Part shown: positions 41,268 to 49,574 of the stretch, piece by piece | How the letters are laid out: the number at the start of each line of letters is the position of its first letter | Numbering within the stretch: the stretch's first letter is position 1 | DNA from: Actinomycetota bacterium | Lineage (GTDB): Bacteria; Desulfobacterota; Deferrimicrobia; Deferrimicrobiales; Deferrimicrobiaceae | Direction: 5' to 3' | NCBI GenBank assembly: GCA_050258195.1 | Contig: JBLMYI010000017.1 | Location: forward strand, 1-49,621 | Length of the DNA: 49,621 nt | The notes under the pieces: model-generated | Seen by the model: the letters and a program-made list of their open reading frames with translations, nothing else | Database searches by the model: none | Told to the model about the DNA's origin: nothing | Program-made: the position numbers and the translations under genes

Positions 41268-42053
41268 CAACCCCCGGATCACCCCGCCGTCCACCTGGAT
41301 CGTCGCCCCGGTGACATAGGATGCGCGCTCGGACGCGAGGAACGCGACGACTTCCGCCACTTCCTCGGGCCGCCCGAACCGCCCCGACGGGATCTCCCCG
41401 ATCCCCGCGTCCATCGCTTCCTCGACGGAAATCCCGTTCTCCCGCGCCCTGCGCTCGATCACGGCGCGAAGCCGGTCGGTCAGGACGTACCCCGGGCAGA
41501 CGTTGTTCACCGTCACATTGTGTTCGGCGACTTCCCTGGAAAGGGTCTTCGTCATCCCCGCCACGGCGCTGCGGATCGCGTTGGACAGGATGAGGTTGTC
41601 GATCGGCTGCTTCACCGCGATCGAGGTGAGCATGACGATGCGGCCGAACCGCTGGCGGATCATCCACGGCAGGCACCGGCGGGTGCACCGTACGGCGGAG
41701 AGGAAGTTCAGCTGGAAGGCGCCCTGCCATTCCTCATCGGACGTCTCCTGGAACGCCGTGGGGGGCGGCCCCCCCGCGTTGTTCACGAGGATGTGCAGCG
41801 TGCCGAAGCTCCGTTCGATCCCGGAGAAGAGGGTATCGATCGAAGCGGCGCTCGTCACGTCGGCCGGCAGCGCCAGGACGGGATTTCCCGTCCGCTCCCC
41901 GATCCTTGCCGCCGCCTCCCGCAGCCGTCCCGGGTCCCGCGCGCAGACGGCAACCCGTGCCCCCTCGGCCGAGAGCGCCTCGGCGCACGAAAAACCGATC
42001 CCCCTGCTCCCGCCGCACACGAGAGCTGTCTTCCCCTGCAGGCCGAGATCCAT
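41262..42053 (-). CDS. SDR-family oxidoreductase, BKR-like subgroup with apparently non-canonical catalytic residues
   Basis: GKTALVCGGSRGIG dinucleotide motif and NNAG. The expected YxxxK position reads S-NAI-R. Confidence 0.82.
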   Translation of the reverse strand: MDLGLQGKTALVCGGSRGIGFSCAEALSAEGARVAVCARDPGRLREAAARIGERTGNPVLALPADVTSAASIDTLFSGIERSFGTLHILVNNAGGPPPTAFQETSDEEWQGAFQLNFLSAVRCTRRCLPWMIRQRFGRIVMLTSIAVKQPIDNLILSNAIRSAVAGMTKTLSREVAEHNVTVNNVCPGYVLTDRLRAVIERRARENGISVEEAMDAGIGEIPSGRFGRPEEVAEVVAFLASERASYVTGATIQVDGGVIRGLL

Positions 42054-42137
42054 CGCGCCCTCCCCGGCGCAGCGCCTCGGACGCGGAGCGCCATCCCATA
42101 TTATGACAACGGGGGGGACGTCCGGACGGGACGGGCG

Positions 42138-43211
42138 TTATTCCACCCGGTGGACCCAGTTGTGCCGGTCCCCGATCTCCCCGTACTGGATCCCGGTGAT
42201 CTCCCGGAAGAGGCGGACGGCCAGTTCCCCCGCCTTCCCCCCGTTCACGGCGATCTCCTTCCCGCGGCACGAGAAGGAACCGACGGGAGAGATGACCGCC
42301 GCCGTACCGGAGCCGAACGCCTCCGAGAGCGTTCCGTCCGCGGCCCCCTTCAGGACCTCGTCGATCTCCACGGGGCGCTCCGCCACCGGGATCTTCCACT
42401 CCCGCGCGAGCGTGAGGACGGTGTCCCGCGTCACCCCGGGCAGGATCGACCCGGAGAGCGGAGGGGTGACCAGTTCCCCCCGGAGGACGAAGAAGATGTT
42501 CATCGTCCCGACCTCTTCCACGAAGCCCCGGTGCCCGGCGTCCAGCCAGAGAACCTGGTCGAACCCCTTCTCCTTGGCCTTCTTCGCGGCGAGGAGGCTC
42601 GCCGCGTAGTTTCCCCCGGTCTTCGCTTCCCCCGTGCCCCCGGCGGCGGCGCGGACGTACGTTTCCTCGACGAGGATGCGGACCGGGTCGAACCCCCGCG
42701 CGTAGTACGCCCCCACCGGGCCGGTGATGATGAAAAAGAGGACCTCCGCCGCCGGGCGGACGCCCAGTCCCGCCTCGGTCGCGATCATCGTGGGACGGAT
42801 GTAGAGGGAGGCGCCCGTTTCCCTCGGGATCCACTCCCGGTCGAGCAGCACCAGGGCCCGCAGGGCGGCGAGCTGGTCCTGGACCGGGATCTCCGGCAGG
42901 CACATGCGCGCCGCCGAGCGGTTCAGGCGCTCCGCGTTCCGGTCGGGCCGGAAGAGGCAGGTCGCGCCGTCCCGCGCGTAGTACGCCTTCATCCCCTCGA
43001 AGATCTCCTGCCCGTAGTGCAGGACCATCGCGGAGGGGGCGAGCGACAGCGGACCGTACGGGACGATGCGGGCGTCGCGCCACCCCGTTCCCTGCGAATA
43101 GTCCATCAGGAACATGTGGTCGGAGAATATTTTCCCGAACCCGAGCGCCTCGCCGCTGTTCGGCTTCCGCCTCCGGCGGTTTTCCGCCACCTGCGTCACC
43201 GCGATCTGCAT
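42138..43211 (-). CDS. ilvE: Branched-chain amino acid aminotransferase
   Basis: Fold-type IV aminotransferase pattern (FSDHMF, LHYGQEIFEGMKAY, EAKTGGNYAASL). The ATG (complement of 43209-43211) is preceded by a GGGAGAGGGG RBS. The ORF track start at 43259 is less likely. Confidence 0.9.
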   Translation of the reverse strand: MQIAVTQVAENRRRRKPNSGEALGFGKIFSDHMFLMDYSQGTGWRDARIVPYGPLSLAPSAMVLHYGQEIFEGMKAYYARDGATCLFRPDRNAERLNRSAARMCLPEIPVQDQLAALRALVLLDREWIPRETGASLYIRPTMIATEAGLGVRPAAEVLFFIITGPVGAYYARGFDPVRILVEETYVRAAAGGTGEAKTGGNYAASLLAAKKAKEKGFDQVLWLDAGHRGFVEEVGTMNIFFVLRGELVTPPLSGSILPGVTRDTVLTLAREWKIPVAERPVEIDEVLKGAADGTLSEAFGSGTAAVISPVGSFSCRGKEIAVNGGKAGELAVRLFREITGIQYGEIGDRHNWVHRVE

Positions 43212-43414
43212 CCCCTCTCCCTTCCCGCCCCCATGGGCCGCGTTCCCTTCGGCGCGCATGGGACGACCCGCGCGCGGAAACAGTTATACCGCAAACCTAC
43301 CGATCGGGAAAGACGCTCCAGAACGGGGAATCCGCTTTCGGTCCGCCGGGCCGGCGTGTAAAATCGGGGGACGGAACGACAGAAACGGTTTCGTGCGGAA
43401 GGGGGCGGCAAGGG

Positions 43415-44107
43415 ATGAAAAGAGGACTCGTGATGGCGGTATGCGCGGCGATGGTTCTCACGGGGGCGGCGTTCGCCGCGGACGCGCCCGCTCTGAAAAA
43501 CAGCAAGGAGAAGCTCAGCTACAGCATCGGCATGGACATCGGGGAGAACCTGAAGCAGGAATCCGTCGATGTGGACCCGGACCTCCTGGCGAAAGGGTTG
43601 AAGGACAGCTACGGGGGGAGGAAGACGATCCTCACCGAGGAGGAAGCGCGCGAGACGATCAGGGGCTTCCAGCAGACGCTGGCGGCGAAGGGTGCGGAGA
43701 CGATGAAGAAAGTCGCGGAGAAGAACAAGAAGGACGGGGAGAAGTTCCTCGCGGAGAACGCGAAGAAACCGGGAGTGAAGACGCTCCCGAGCGGGCTCCA
43801 GTACAAGGAGCTCGCGGCGGGGACGGGGAAGTCGCCGAAGGCGACGGACACGGTGACGGTCAATTACAGGGGAACCCTGATCGACGGGAAGGAGTTCGAC
43901 AGCTCCTACAAGCGGGGCACGCCGGCGACGTTCCCGGTTTCCGGGGTGATCGCAGGCTGGACCGAAGCGCTCCAGCTGATGAAGGAAGGGGCGAAGTGGC
44001 AGCTGTTCATCCCTTCGAATCTCGCGTACGGCGAGAGAGGGGCGGGCCGCGACATCGGCCCGAACGCCGCGCTGATCTTCGATGTGGAGCTGATCTCGAT
44101 CAAGTGA
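43415..44107 (+). CDS. FKBP-type peptidyl-prolyl cis-trans isomerase, secreted (FkpA/Mip-like)
   Basis: Signal peptide (MKRGLVMAVCAAMVLTGAAFA), a helical dimerization region and an FKBP domain (VNYRGTLIDGKEFDSSY, GVIAGWTEAL, IPSNLAYGERG). Confidence 0.9.
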   Translation: MKRGLVMAVCAAMVLTGAAFAADAPALKNSKEKLSYSIGMDIGENLKQESVDVDPDLLAKGLKDSYGGRKTILTEEEARETIRGFQQTLAAKGAETMKKVAEKNKKDGEKFLAENAKKPGVKTLPSGLQYKELAAGTGKSPKATDTVTVNYRGTLIDGKEFDSSYKRGTPATFPVSGVIAGWTEALQLMKEGAKWQLFIPSNLAYGERGAGRDIGPNAALIFDVELISIK

Positions 44108-44135
44108 CCCGGATCGGGCGCGGGAGGGGGGCGGC

Positions 44136-45329
44136 GTGAACCGCTGGTTTCGCGTCGCCGGCGGCGTGAGCCTGAACCTCTGCCTGGGCGCTGCGTACGT
44201 CTACAGCGTGTTTCTCACCCCCCTCCAGCGCGAGTTCGGCTGGACGCGCTCGGAGCTCTCCGTCGCGTTCACCCTTTCGATCGCCTTCATCGCCGCGGGT
44301 GTTCTGGCCGGGGGGCGGTGGCAGGACCGCCGGGGTCCGGCCGCCGTCTCCCTCTTCGGCGCGCTTCTCTTCTCCGCGGGGATCTTCCTTTCCCGCTACA
44401 CCGACTCGCTGACATGGCTGTACGTCTGCTACGGCGTCGTCGTGGGGCTTGGCAGCGGCATCGGCTACACGTGCCCCCTATCCGTCGGGATGAAGTGGTT
44501 CCCCGAGCGGCGGGGGCTCGTCACGGGAATGATGGTGATGGGATACGGCGCCGGGGGCGCGGTGATCGCCCCGCTCGCGGGCTACCTGATCGACCGCTTC
44601 GGGTGGCGCGACACCTTCGGCATCCTGGGCGCGGGGTTCCTGGCGGTGACGGTGGCCGGCTCGATGTTCCTGCGGAACCCCCCGGAAGGGTGGCGCCCCC
44701 CGGGGTGGAGCCCCCCGGCGGCGGGGAAGGGAGCGGCGCGGGCACGCCGCGATTTCCTCCCGCGGGAGATGGTGGGCACCGGCGCATTTCGCCGGATGTG
44801 GGCAGCGTATGCCTTCGGCACCGCGGCGGGGCTGATGGTGATCGGGCATCTCGCGGCCTTCGCGCTTGGGGCGGGGTTCTCCGCCCGCGCTTCCGCCCTC
44901 TCCGTGGGAGTGCTTTCGGTGGGGAACGGGTGCGGGCGGATCGCCTCGGGGTGGATGTCGGATCACATCGGACGCGTCCGCACGCTCTCCCTTGTGATGG
45001 GTGCGACCGCCCTGCTCCTCCTCCTCGCCCCCGGGGTTTCCACCGTTCCGATGCTCTTCGCCGCCGTCTTCCTCATCGGATACTGCTACGGCTCGCAACT
45101 CGCCGTCTTCCCGTCGACGACCGCCGATTTTTTCGGGATGCGCAACCTCGGGAACAATTACGGCCTCCTGCTCACGGCATGGGGGGTCGCCGGGATCATC
45201 GGCCCGATGGCGGGGGGATGGATCTTCGACGCCACCCGCGGCTACGCCGCGGCGTTCCGGATCGCGGCACTTCTCGCGGCCGCCGCCGCCGCGATGGTCG
45301 CGACGGTCAAGCCGCCCCCCGCCGGGTAG
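44136..45329 (+). CDS. MFS transporter, oxalate/formate antiporter (OFA)-like
   Basis: About 12 hydrophobic segments. An MFS loop motif (GRWQDRRGP) lies between TM2 and TM3. GTG start. Confidence 0.83.
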   Translation: MNRWFRVAGGVSLNLCLGAAYVYSVFLTPLQREFGWTRSELSVAFTLSIAFIAAGVLAGGRWQDRRGPAAVSLFGALLFSAGIFLSRYTDSLTWLYVCYGVVVGLGSGIGYTCPLSVGMKWFPERRGLVTGMMVMGYGAGGAVIAPLAGYLIDRFGWRDTFGILGAGFLAVTVAGSMFLRNPPEGWRPPGWSPPAAGKGAARARRDFLPREMVGTGAFRRMWAAYAFGTAAGLMVIGHLAAFALGAGFSARASALSVGVLSVGNGCGRIASGWMSDHIGRVRTLSLVMGATALLLLLAPGVSTVPMLFAAVFLIGYCYGSQLAVFPSTTADFFGMRNLGNNYGLLLTAWGVAGIIGPMAGGWIFDATRGYAAAFRIAALLAAAAAAMVATVKPPPAG

Positions 45330-45341
45330 AGGCGTCCCGGG

Positions 45342-45370
45342 TTGACAGGTTCCGGACGTTCCGTTTAAAT
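45342..45370 (+). promoter_or_regulatory. Candidate sigma70 promoter of the dinB-isf-tetR unit
   Basis: TTGACA (45342-45347), a 17-nt spacer, then TTAAAT (45365-45370), about 65 nt upstream of the DinB-family ATG. Confidence 0.55.
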
Positions 45371-45373
45371 TAA

Positions 45374-45387
45374 GACCGGTCGGTATC
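45374..45387 (+). promoter_or_regulatory. Operator-like site 1 (GACCGGTCGGTATC), a candidate TetR binding site
   Basis: Contains the palindromic core GACCGGTC and begins 3 nt after the -10 hexamer. Its reverse complement recurs at 47445-47458. Confidence 0.4.
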
Positions 45388-45436
45388 CATCGGGTCCGTC
45401 GATGCGCAGGAAGGCCCGGGATCCGCAGGAGGACGC

Positions 45437-45973
45437 ATGCTGCCCATATTCCGGTTGGTCTTTCCGGTGCTCGAGACGACGCCGCAGCGGTGGATTCAGC
45501 TGGCGGGGAAGTTGCCGCCGGAACTGTTTCGAAGGAAACCGGCGCCGAAGGAGTGGTCGGCGTACGACTGTTTGCGGCACATCGTGGACACAGAGCGATC
45601 GGTGTTTCCGCCGCGCGTCGGGTGCCTGCTGCGGGGAGAGGATTTTCCGGCATATCACCCGGGGGAGGAAGGGGAGGGCCCGGCAGCGAATCCGACCCCG
45701 GCCGAACTGGCCGGCGAATTCGTCCGGCTGCGGGCGGGGAGCATGGCGCTGTTGTCGAACATCGGGGAGGGCGACCTGGACCGCACGGCGCGGCACCAGG
45801 AGTTGGGGATGGTGACCCTCGGAGAGATGATCCACCATTGGGCGGGACACGACCTGATGCACACGGTCCAGGGGGAGAGGGCGATCCTGCAGCCGTTCAT
45901 CGACGGGTGCCGTCCATGGAGACAGTACTTTTCGGACCATATCGCCCCCCCATCGCCGGAAGCCGGTCGGTGA
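45437..45973 (+). CDS. DinB-family (DinB_2-like) metal-binding four-helix-bundle protein
   Basis: Conserved histidines at CLRHIVDTE and HHWAGHDLMH. AGGAGG RBS upstream. Confidence 0.78.
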   Translation: MLPIFRLVFPVLETTPQRWIQLAGKLPPELFRRKPAPKEWSAYDCLRHIVDTERSVFPPRVGCLLRGEDFPAYHPGEEGEGPAANPTPAELAGEFVRLRAGSMALLSNIGEGDLDRTARHQELGMVTLGEMIHHWAGHDLMHTVQGERAILQPFIDGCRPWRQYFSDHIAPPSPEAGR

Positions 45974-45978
45974 CGGGG

Positions 45979-46800
45979 ATGAAAACCCTGCTCGGGATCA
46001 TCGGTTCCCCCCGGAAGATGGGGAATTGCGAGTTGATGGTGAAGGAGATCGCGGCGACGGTCCCCGGTTCCCCGAACCTCTCGATGGTGCGCCTCGTCGA
46101 GAAGGACCTCCGTCCCTGCAAGGCATGCTACCGCTGCCTGACCGGGGATTGCCCCCACCGGGACGATTTTTCCGGAGTGCTCCGGGCGATCATCGAAGCG
46201 GACGGGGTGGTCGTCGCCGCGCCGGCGTACCTGCGAGGCACGCATTCCTCCCTGCAGCGATTCCTGGACCGCGGCCTCCAGGCGTACCGGCACGTGGACG
46301 CCCTGTACGGGAAACCGGCGGTCGCCGTCGCCACCGCGGGCGTCGAGGACGGCGAAGGGTCGGCGCTGCTGGGGGTCGAGAACTTCATCCGCCAGCTGGG
46401 GCTGACCCTGAAGGGGAGGGCCGTCGTGCGCGCCACCTTCCCGGGGGACGCGATCGTCTCCGTGGAAGGAAGGGGCGCGGCGCGCCGGCTGGCCGCCGCC
46501 CTCGCCTCTCCGGAGGAGTACGCCCCGGAAGGGGTCTCGTGTCCCGAATGCAAAGGGACGTATTTCGAATTCCGGGCGAGGGACACCGTGTACTGCCTCT
46601 CCTGCGGGGGCACCGGATCCTTTTCCGTGAACGGCGGGAACGTCGCTCTCCGGATCGACCCCCCCGCGCACTCCTGGCGGAAGAAGGAGGACAGGACGTC
46701 GCACGGGAAATGGCTGATCGGCCAACGCGAAGAATTCCTTCGCCAGAGGGAGAGGTTGAAGGAAGCCGTGAAACCGTACCTGGGGGGGACGTTCCTCTGA
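45979..46800 (+). CDS. Isf-like iron-sulfur flavoprotein (NADPH-dependent FMN reductase fold) with C-terminal zinc-ribbon extension
   Basis: Flavodoxin-like N-terminus (LLGIIGSPRKMGN). Compact cysteine motif CKACYRCLTGDC, which fits CX2CX2CX4C. The C-terminal part carries CPEC...17 aa...CLSC. Confidence 0.72.
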   Translation: MKTLLGIIGSPRKMGNCELMVKEIAATVPGSPNLSMVRLVEKDLRPCKACYRCLTGDCPHRDDFSGVLRAIIEADGVVVAAPAYLRGTHSSLQRFLDRGLQAYRHVDALYGKPAVAVATAGVEDGEGSALLGVENFIRQLGLTLKGRAVVRATFPGDAIVSVEGRGAARRLAAALASPEEYAPEGVSCPECKGTYFEFRARDTVYCLSCGGTGSFSVNGGNVALRIDPPAHSWRKKEDRTSHGKWLIGQREEFLRQRERLKEAVKPYLGGTFL

Positions 46801-47396
46801 TGCGGAACGACGGGAGGGAGACGCGCCGGAACATCATCGAGAAGTCGCTTCAGATCTTCTCGGTGAAGGGATACTACAACGCCTCCATCAGCGACATCAT
46901 GGCCGCGACGGGGCTGACGAAAGGAGGGCTCTACGCCCACTTCGACAGCAAGGAGGCGCTTTGGAACGCAGCGTACGACAGGGCGGTCGAGATCTGGAGA
47001 GGGATCGTTTTCAAGGGCGTGCGGAAGGTCCCCGATCCGCTGGAAAGGATCGCGAAGGCGATCGGGAACGACTTGCGGGACTACTGTTGCGGGGAGGTGT
47101 TCGAGGGCGGCTGCTTCTTCTTCAACAGCCTCGTCGAGCTCTCGGGCCAGTCCCCCGCGATGAGCCGTCGGATCGTTGAAGGGTTCATGCGGTTTACGGA
47201 CCTTCTGGCCTCCTGGCTGGAAGAGGCGAAGTCCGAAGACAAGCTCAAGCCCGGCGTGAGGACCAAGGAGGCCGCCGACTTCATCGTCATCTCGATCAAC
47301 GGCGCGTCCGCCCTGTACGTCGCGACCCGGGACAACCGGTTCCCCCGGGCGGCCGAACGCCAGCTCAACGCGTATATCCGGACGCTGAGGGCATAA
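46800..47396 (+). CDS. TetR/AcrR family transcriptional regulator
   Basis: N-terminal HTH (RRNIIEKSLQIFSVKGYYNASISDIMAATGLTKGGLYAHFDSKEAL). The ATG overlaps the upstream stop (TGATG). Confidence 0.88.
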   Translation: MRNDGRETRRNIIEKSLQIFSVKGYYNASISDIMAATGLTKGGLYAHFDSKEALWNAAYDRAVEIWRGIVFKGVRKVPDPLERIAKAIGNDLRDYCCGEVFEGGCFFFNSLVELSGQSPAMSRRIVEGFMRFTDLLASWLEEAKSEDKLKPGVRTKEAADFIVISINGASALYVATRDNRFPRAAERQLNAYIRTLRA

Positions 47397-47444
47397 GGGA
47401 AGGAACCTTCGGGGCATCGCGGACGCCTTGCGTGCTTCCATGGA

Positions 47445-47458
47445 GATACCGACCGGTC
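47445..47458 (+). promoter_or_regulatory. Operator-like site 2 (GATACCGACCGGTC), the reverse complement of site 1
   Basis: Contains the 10-bp perfect palindrome CGACCGGTCG. It lies in the 115-nt gap between tetR and the QueG-like gene. Confidence 0.4.
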
Positions 47459-47511
47459 GCCAGCAATCGAACGGCGCGGCGATCCGGATCCGATGAGGGA
47501 GGTGAATACGG

Positions 47512-48285
47512 ATGAAGGAGCGTATCCGCCGCTTCGCGGCGGGGATGGAGATCGACGACATTGGATTCGCGGCCGCATCGGACTATCGCAGCCCACTGTC
47601 GCCGCCACTGGGGTCGATCTTCCCCGGGGCAAGGTCGATCGTCGTGCTCGCCTACAAGGAGCTGGACAGCTGTGACAGCCCGGATTCGCACATAGCGATG
47701 AACGGGCGGATGGACCTGATGGAGTTCTCGCGGTCGTGCAACTACAAGCTGGCCCGCCACCTGGAGAGAAGCTTCGGAGCCCGCGCCATGACCGTTCCCG
47801 CCTCGTATCCCATGGCCCAGACCGAGGAAACCAAGGGGGCGGTCGGCCAGGTATCGCTTCGCCACGCCGCGGTCGCCGCCGGGTTGGGGGCGTTCGGGAG
47901 CAACAATCTCGTGGTCCATCCCCGTTTCGGATGCCGAACCGTCTTCACGGCGATCCTCACCGACCTCGATATCCCCTCGGACCCTCCCGTCGGGGAGAAT
48001 CCGTGCACAGCCTGCGGGCTGTGCGTACAGGGTTGCCCCGGGAAAGCGCTGGATCAACCGGGCCGGACCGACGTGTTGAAGTGCGTACGGAACAACATGC
48101 CGTACGGGTTGAACGGGGCGATCCGGTTCTGGGGCAAGTACGGCGAGGTTTCCGCGGCGGAGCGGAAAGCGATGCTCCGGGAACCGAATTACTGGCGGCT
48201 CTACCAGGCAGGCCACATCGGCCCTCAATACTTCTGCTTCGCCTGCATGAACGTGTGCCCCGTGGGGCGCAAAGCGACGGCGTGA
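47512..48285 (+). CDS. 4Fe-4S cluster protein, epoxyqueuosine reductase (QueG)-like / reductive dehalogenase-like, short form
   Basis: Ferredoxin-type CTACGLCVQGCP and a second cysteine group CFACMNVCP. The N-terminal part resembles the QueG fold. Function not assignable from sequence. Confidence 0.68.
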   Translation: MKERIRRFAAGMEIDDIGFAAASDYRSPLSPPLGSIFPGARSIVVLAYKELDSCDSPDSHIAMNGRMDLMEFSRSCNYKLARHLERSFGARAMTVPASYPMAQTEETKGAVGQVSLRHAAVAAGLGAFGSNNLVVHPRFGCRTVFTAILTDLDIPSDPPVGENPCTACGLCVQGCPGKALDQPGRTDVLKCVRNNMPYGLNGAIRFWGKYGEVSAAERKAMLREPNYWRLYQAGHIGPQYFCFACMNVCPVGRKATA

Positions 48286-48299
48286 AGGGGGGAGACGCG

Positions 48300-49076
48300 A
48301 TGGCGAAGGTCATCTACGAAAAAAAGGACCGGATCGGGTACATCACATTGAACCGGCCGGAAGCGCTGAACGCCCTGGACGATGAATTGAACGATGCTCT
48401 GTGGGACGTATGGGCGGATTTCAACGCGGATGATTCGGTGGACGTCGCCATCGTGACGGGGGCAGGGAAGGCGTTCTGCTCCGGGGCCGACCTCAAATCG
48501 TTCATTCCGAAGTGGGAGCACGCCACCATGCTCGACGCGCGGAAAAATGCGGCGCGGGGAATTGGGGGCGGAATCACCAGGGGGCAGCACCGGATCATGA
48601 AGCCGATCATCGCGGCCGTCAACGGTTTCGCGATCGGGGGCGGCTTCGAACTGGCTCTCGCATGCGATATCCGCATCGCCTCGGAAAAGGCGAAGTTCGG
48701 GGTGTTCGAGGTGAGACATGGGCTGCATCAGGGCGACGGGGGGATCGTCCGCCTCGTCGCCATCGCCGGGGTCGGAGCCGCCCTCGATCTTACCCTGACG
48801 GGGCGGGAGGTTCCCGCGGAGGAGGCGTATCGACTGGGGCTGGTGAACAAGGTCGTGCCGCACGAAGAGCTGTTGCCGACGGCCGAGAGCTGGGCGCGGA
48901 GGATCCTCGCCAACGGGCAGCAGGCGATCCGGTCCGCCAAGGAGACGATCCTTGAGGTCATCGGTCGCCCGCTGGACGACGCGCTGAGGCTGGAAACCGT
49001 CAACGGATATTCGAGCATCGGGGATTTCCGGGAAGTCGCGGAGAGGATGGCGACGTTTTTCGGAAAATCCCGGTGA
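48300..49076 (+). CDS. Enoyl-CoA hydratase/isomerase (crotonase) family protein
   Basis: ITLNRPEALNAL, GAGKAFCSGADLK and NGFAIGGGFELALACDIRIA motifs. Confidence 0.88.
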   Translation: MAKVIYEKKDRIGYITLNRPEALNALDDELNDALWDVWADFNADDSVDVAIVTGAGKAFCSGADLKSFIPKWEHATMLDARKNAARGIGGGITRGQHRIMKPIIAAVNGFAIGGGFELALACDIRIASEKAKFGVFEVRHGLHQGDGGIVRLVAIAGVGAALDLTLTGREVPAEEAYRLGLVNKVVPHEELLPTAESWARRILANGQQAIRSAKETILEVIGRPLDDALRLETVNGYSSIGDFREVAERMATFFGKSR

Positions 49077-49139
49077 TCCGCGTCGCGCGGGTTCCTGGCA
49101 AACGATTCCCCGGAAGCGAATCCCCATGGAGGTGCAGGC

Positions 49140-49574
49140 ATGACAGACCTTCCGATCACGTATCGCGGCGTTGTCTACCCATGGCATTGCGACCACGTGG
49201 GCCACATGAACGTCATGTGGTACGTAGGGAAATTCGACGAGGCGACGTGGCAGCTCTTCGCGACATTCGGCCTGACCCCGTCCTTTCTGCGGGAAAAAGG
49301 CCGCGGCATGGCCGCCGTCCAGCAGAACATCACGTACAAGCGTGAGCTCCGCGCGGGGGATGTCGTATCGATACGGTCCGGAGTCCTGGAGATCAAGGAG
49401 AAGACGATCCGGTTTTTCCACGAGATGCGCAACGACGAGACGGGGGAGATTGCGGCGACGACGGAGCTGACCGGTGTGCACATGGACACCGCGCGGAGAA
49501 AATCCTGCCCGTTCCCGGAGCAGGTGTTCGAGCGCGCCAGCGCCTTGATCTTACCGGGGGCACGGAACCATTAA
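49140..49574 (+). CDS. Acyl-CoA thioesterase, hotdog fold (4HBT/YbgC-like)
   Basis: N-terminal V.YPWHCDHVGHMNVMWY, typical of the 4HBT class. 144 aa. Confidence 0.85.
   Translation: MTDLPITYRGVVYPWHCDHVGHMNVMWYVGKFDEATWQLFATFGLTPSFLREKGRGMAAVQQNITYKRELRAGDVVSIRSGVLEIKEKTIRFFHEMRNDETGEIAATTELTGVHMDTARRKSCPFPEQVFERASALILPGARNH

Noticed and set aside
43212-43414. The 203-nt divergent region between ilvE (-) and the FKBP gene (+), examined for a riboswitch, T-box, leader peptide or sRNA. The 84-nt gap at 42054-42137 was examined in the same way.
   Set aside because: Only weak promoter-like hexamers (for example TAAAAT at 43359-43364 and TATAAC on the - strand) and a modest CCCATG/CATGGG hairpin were seen. 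There are no conserved riboswitch cores and no Ile/Leu/Val-rich leader ORF.
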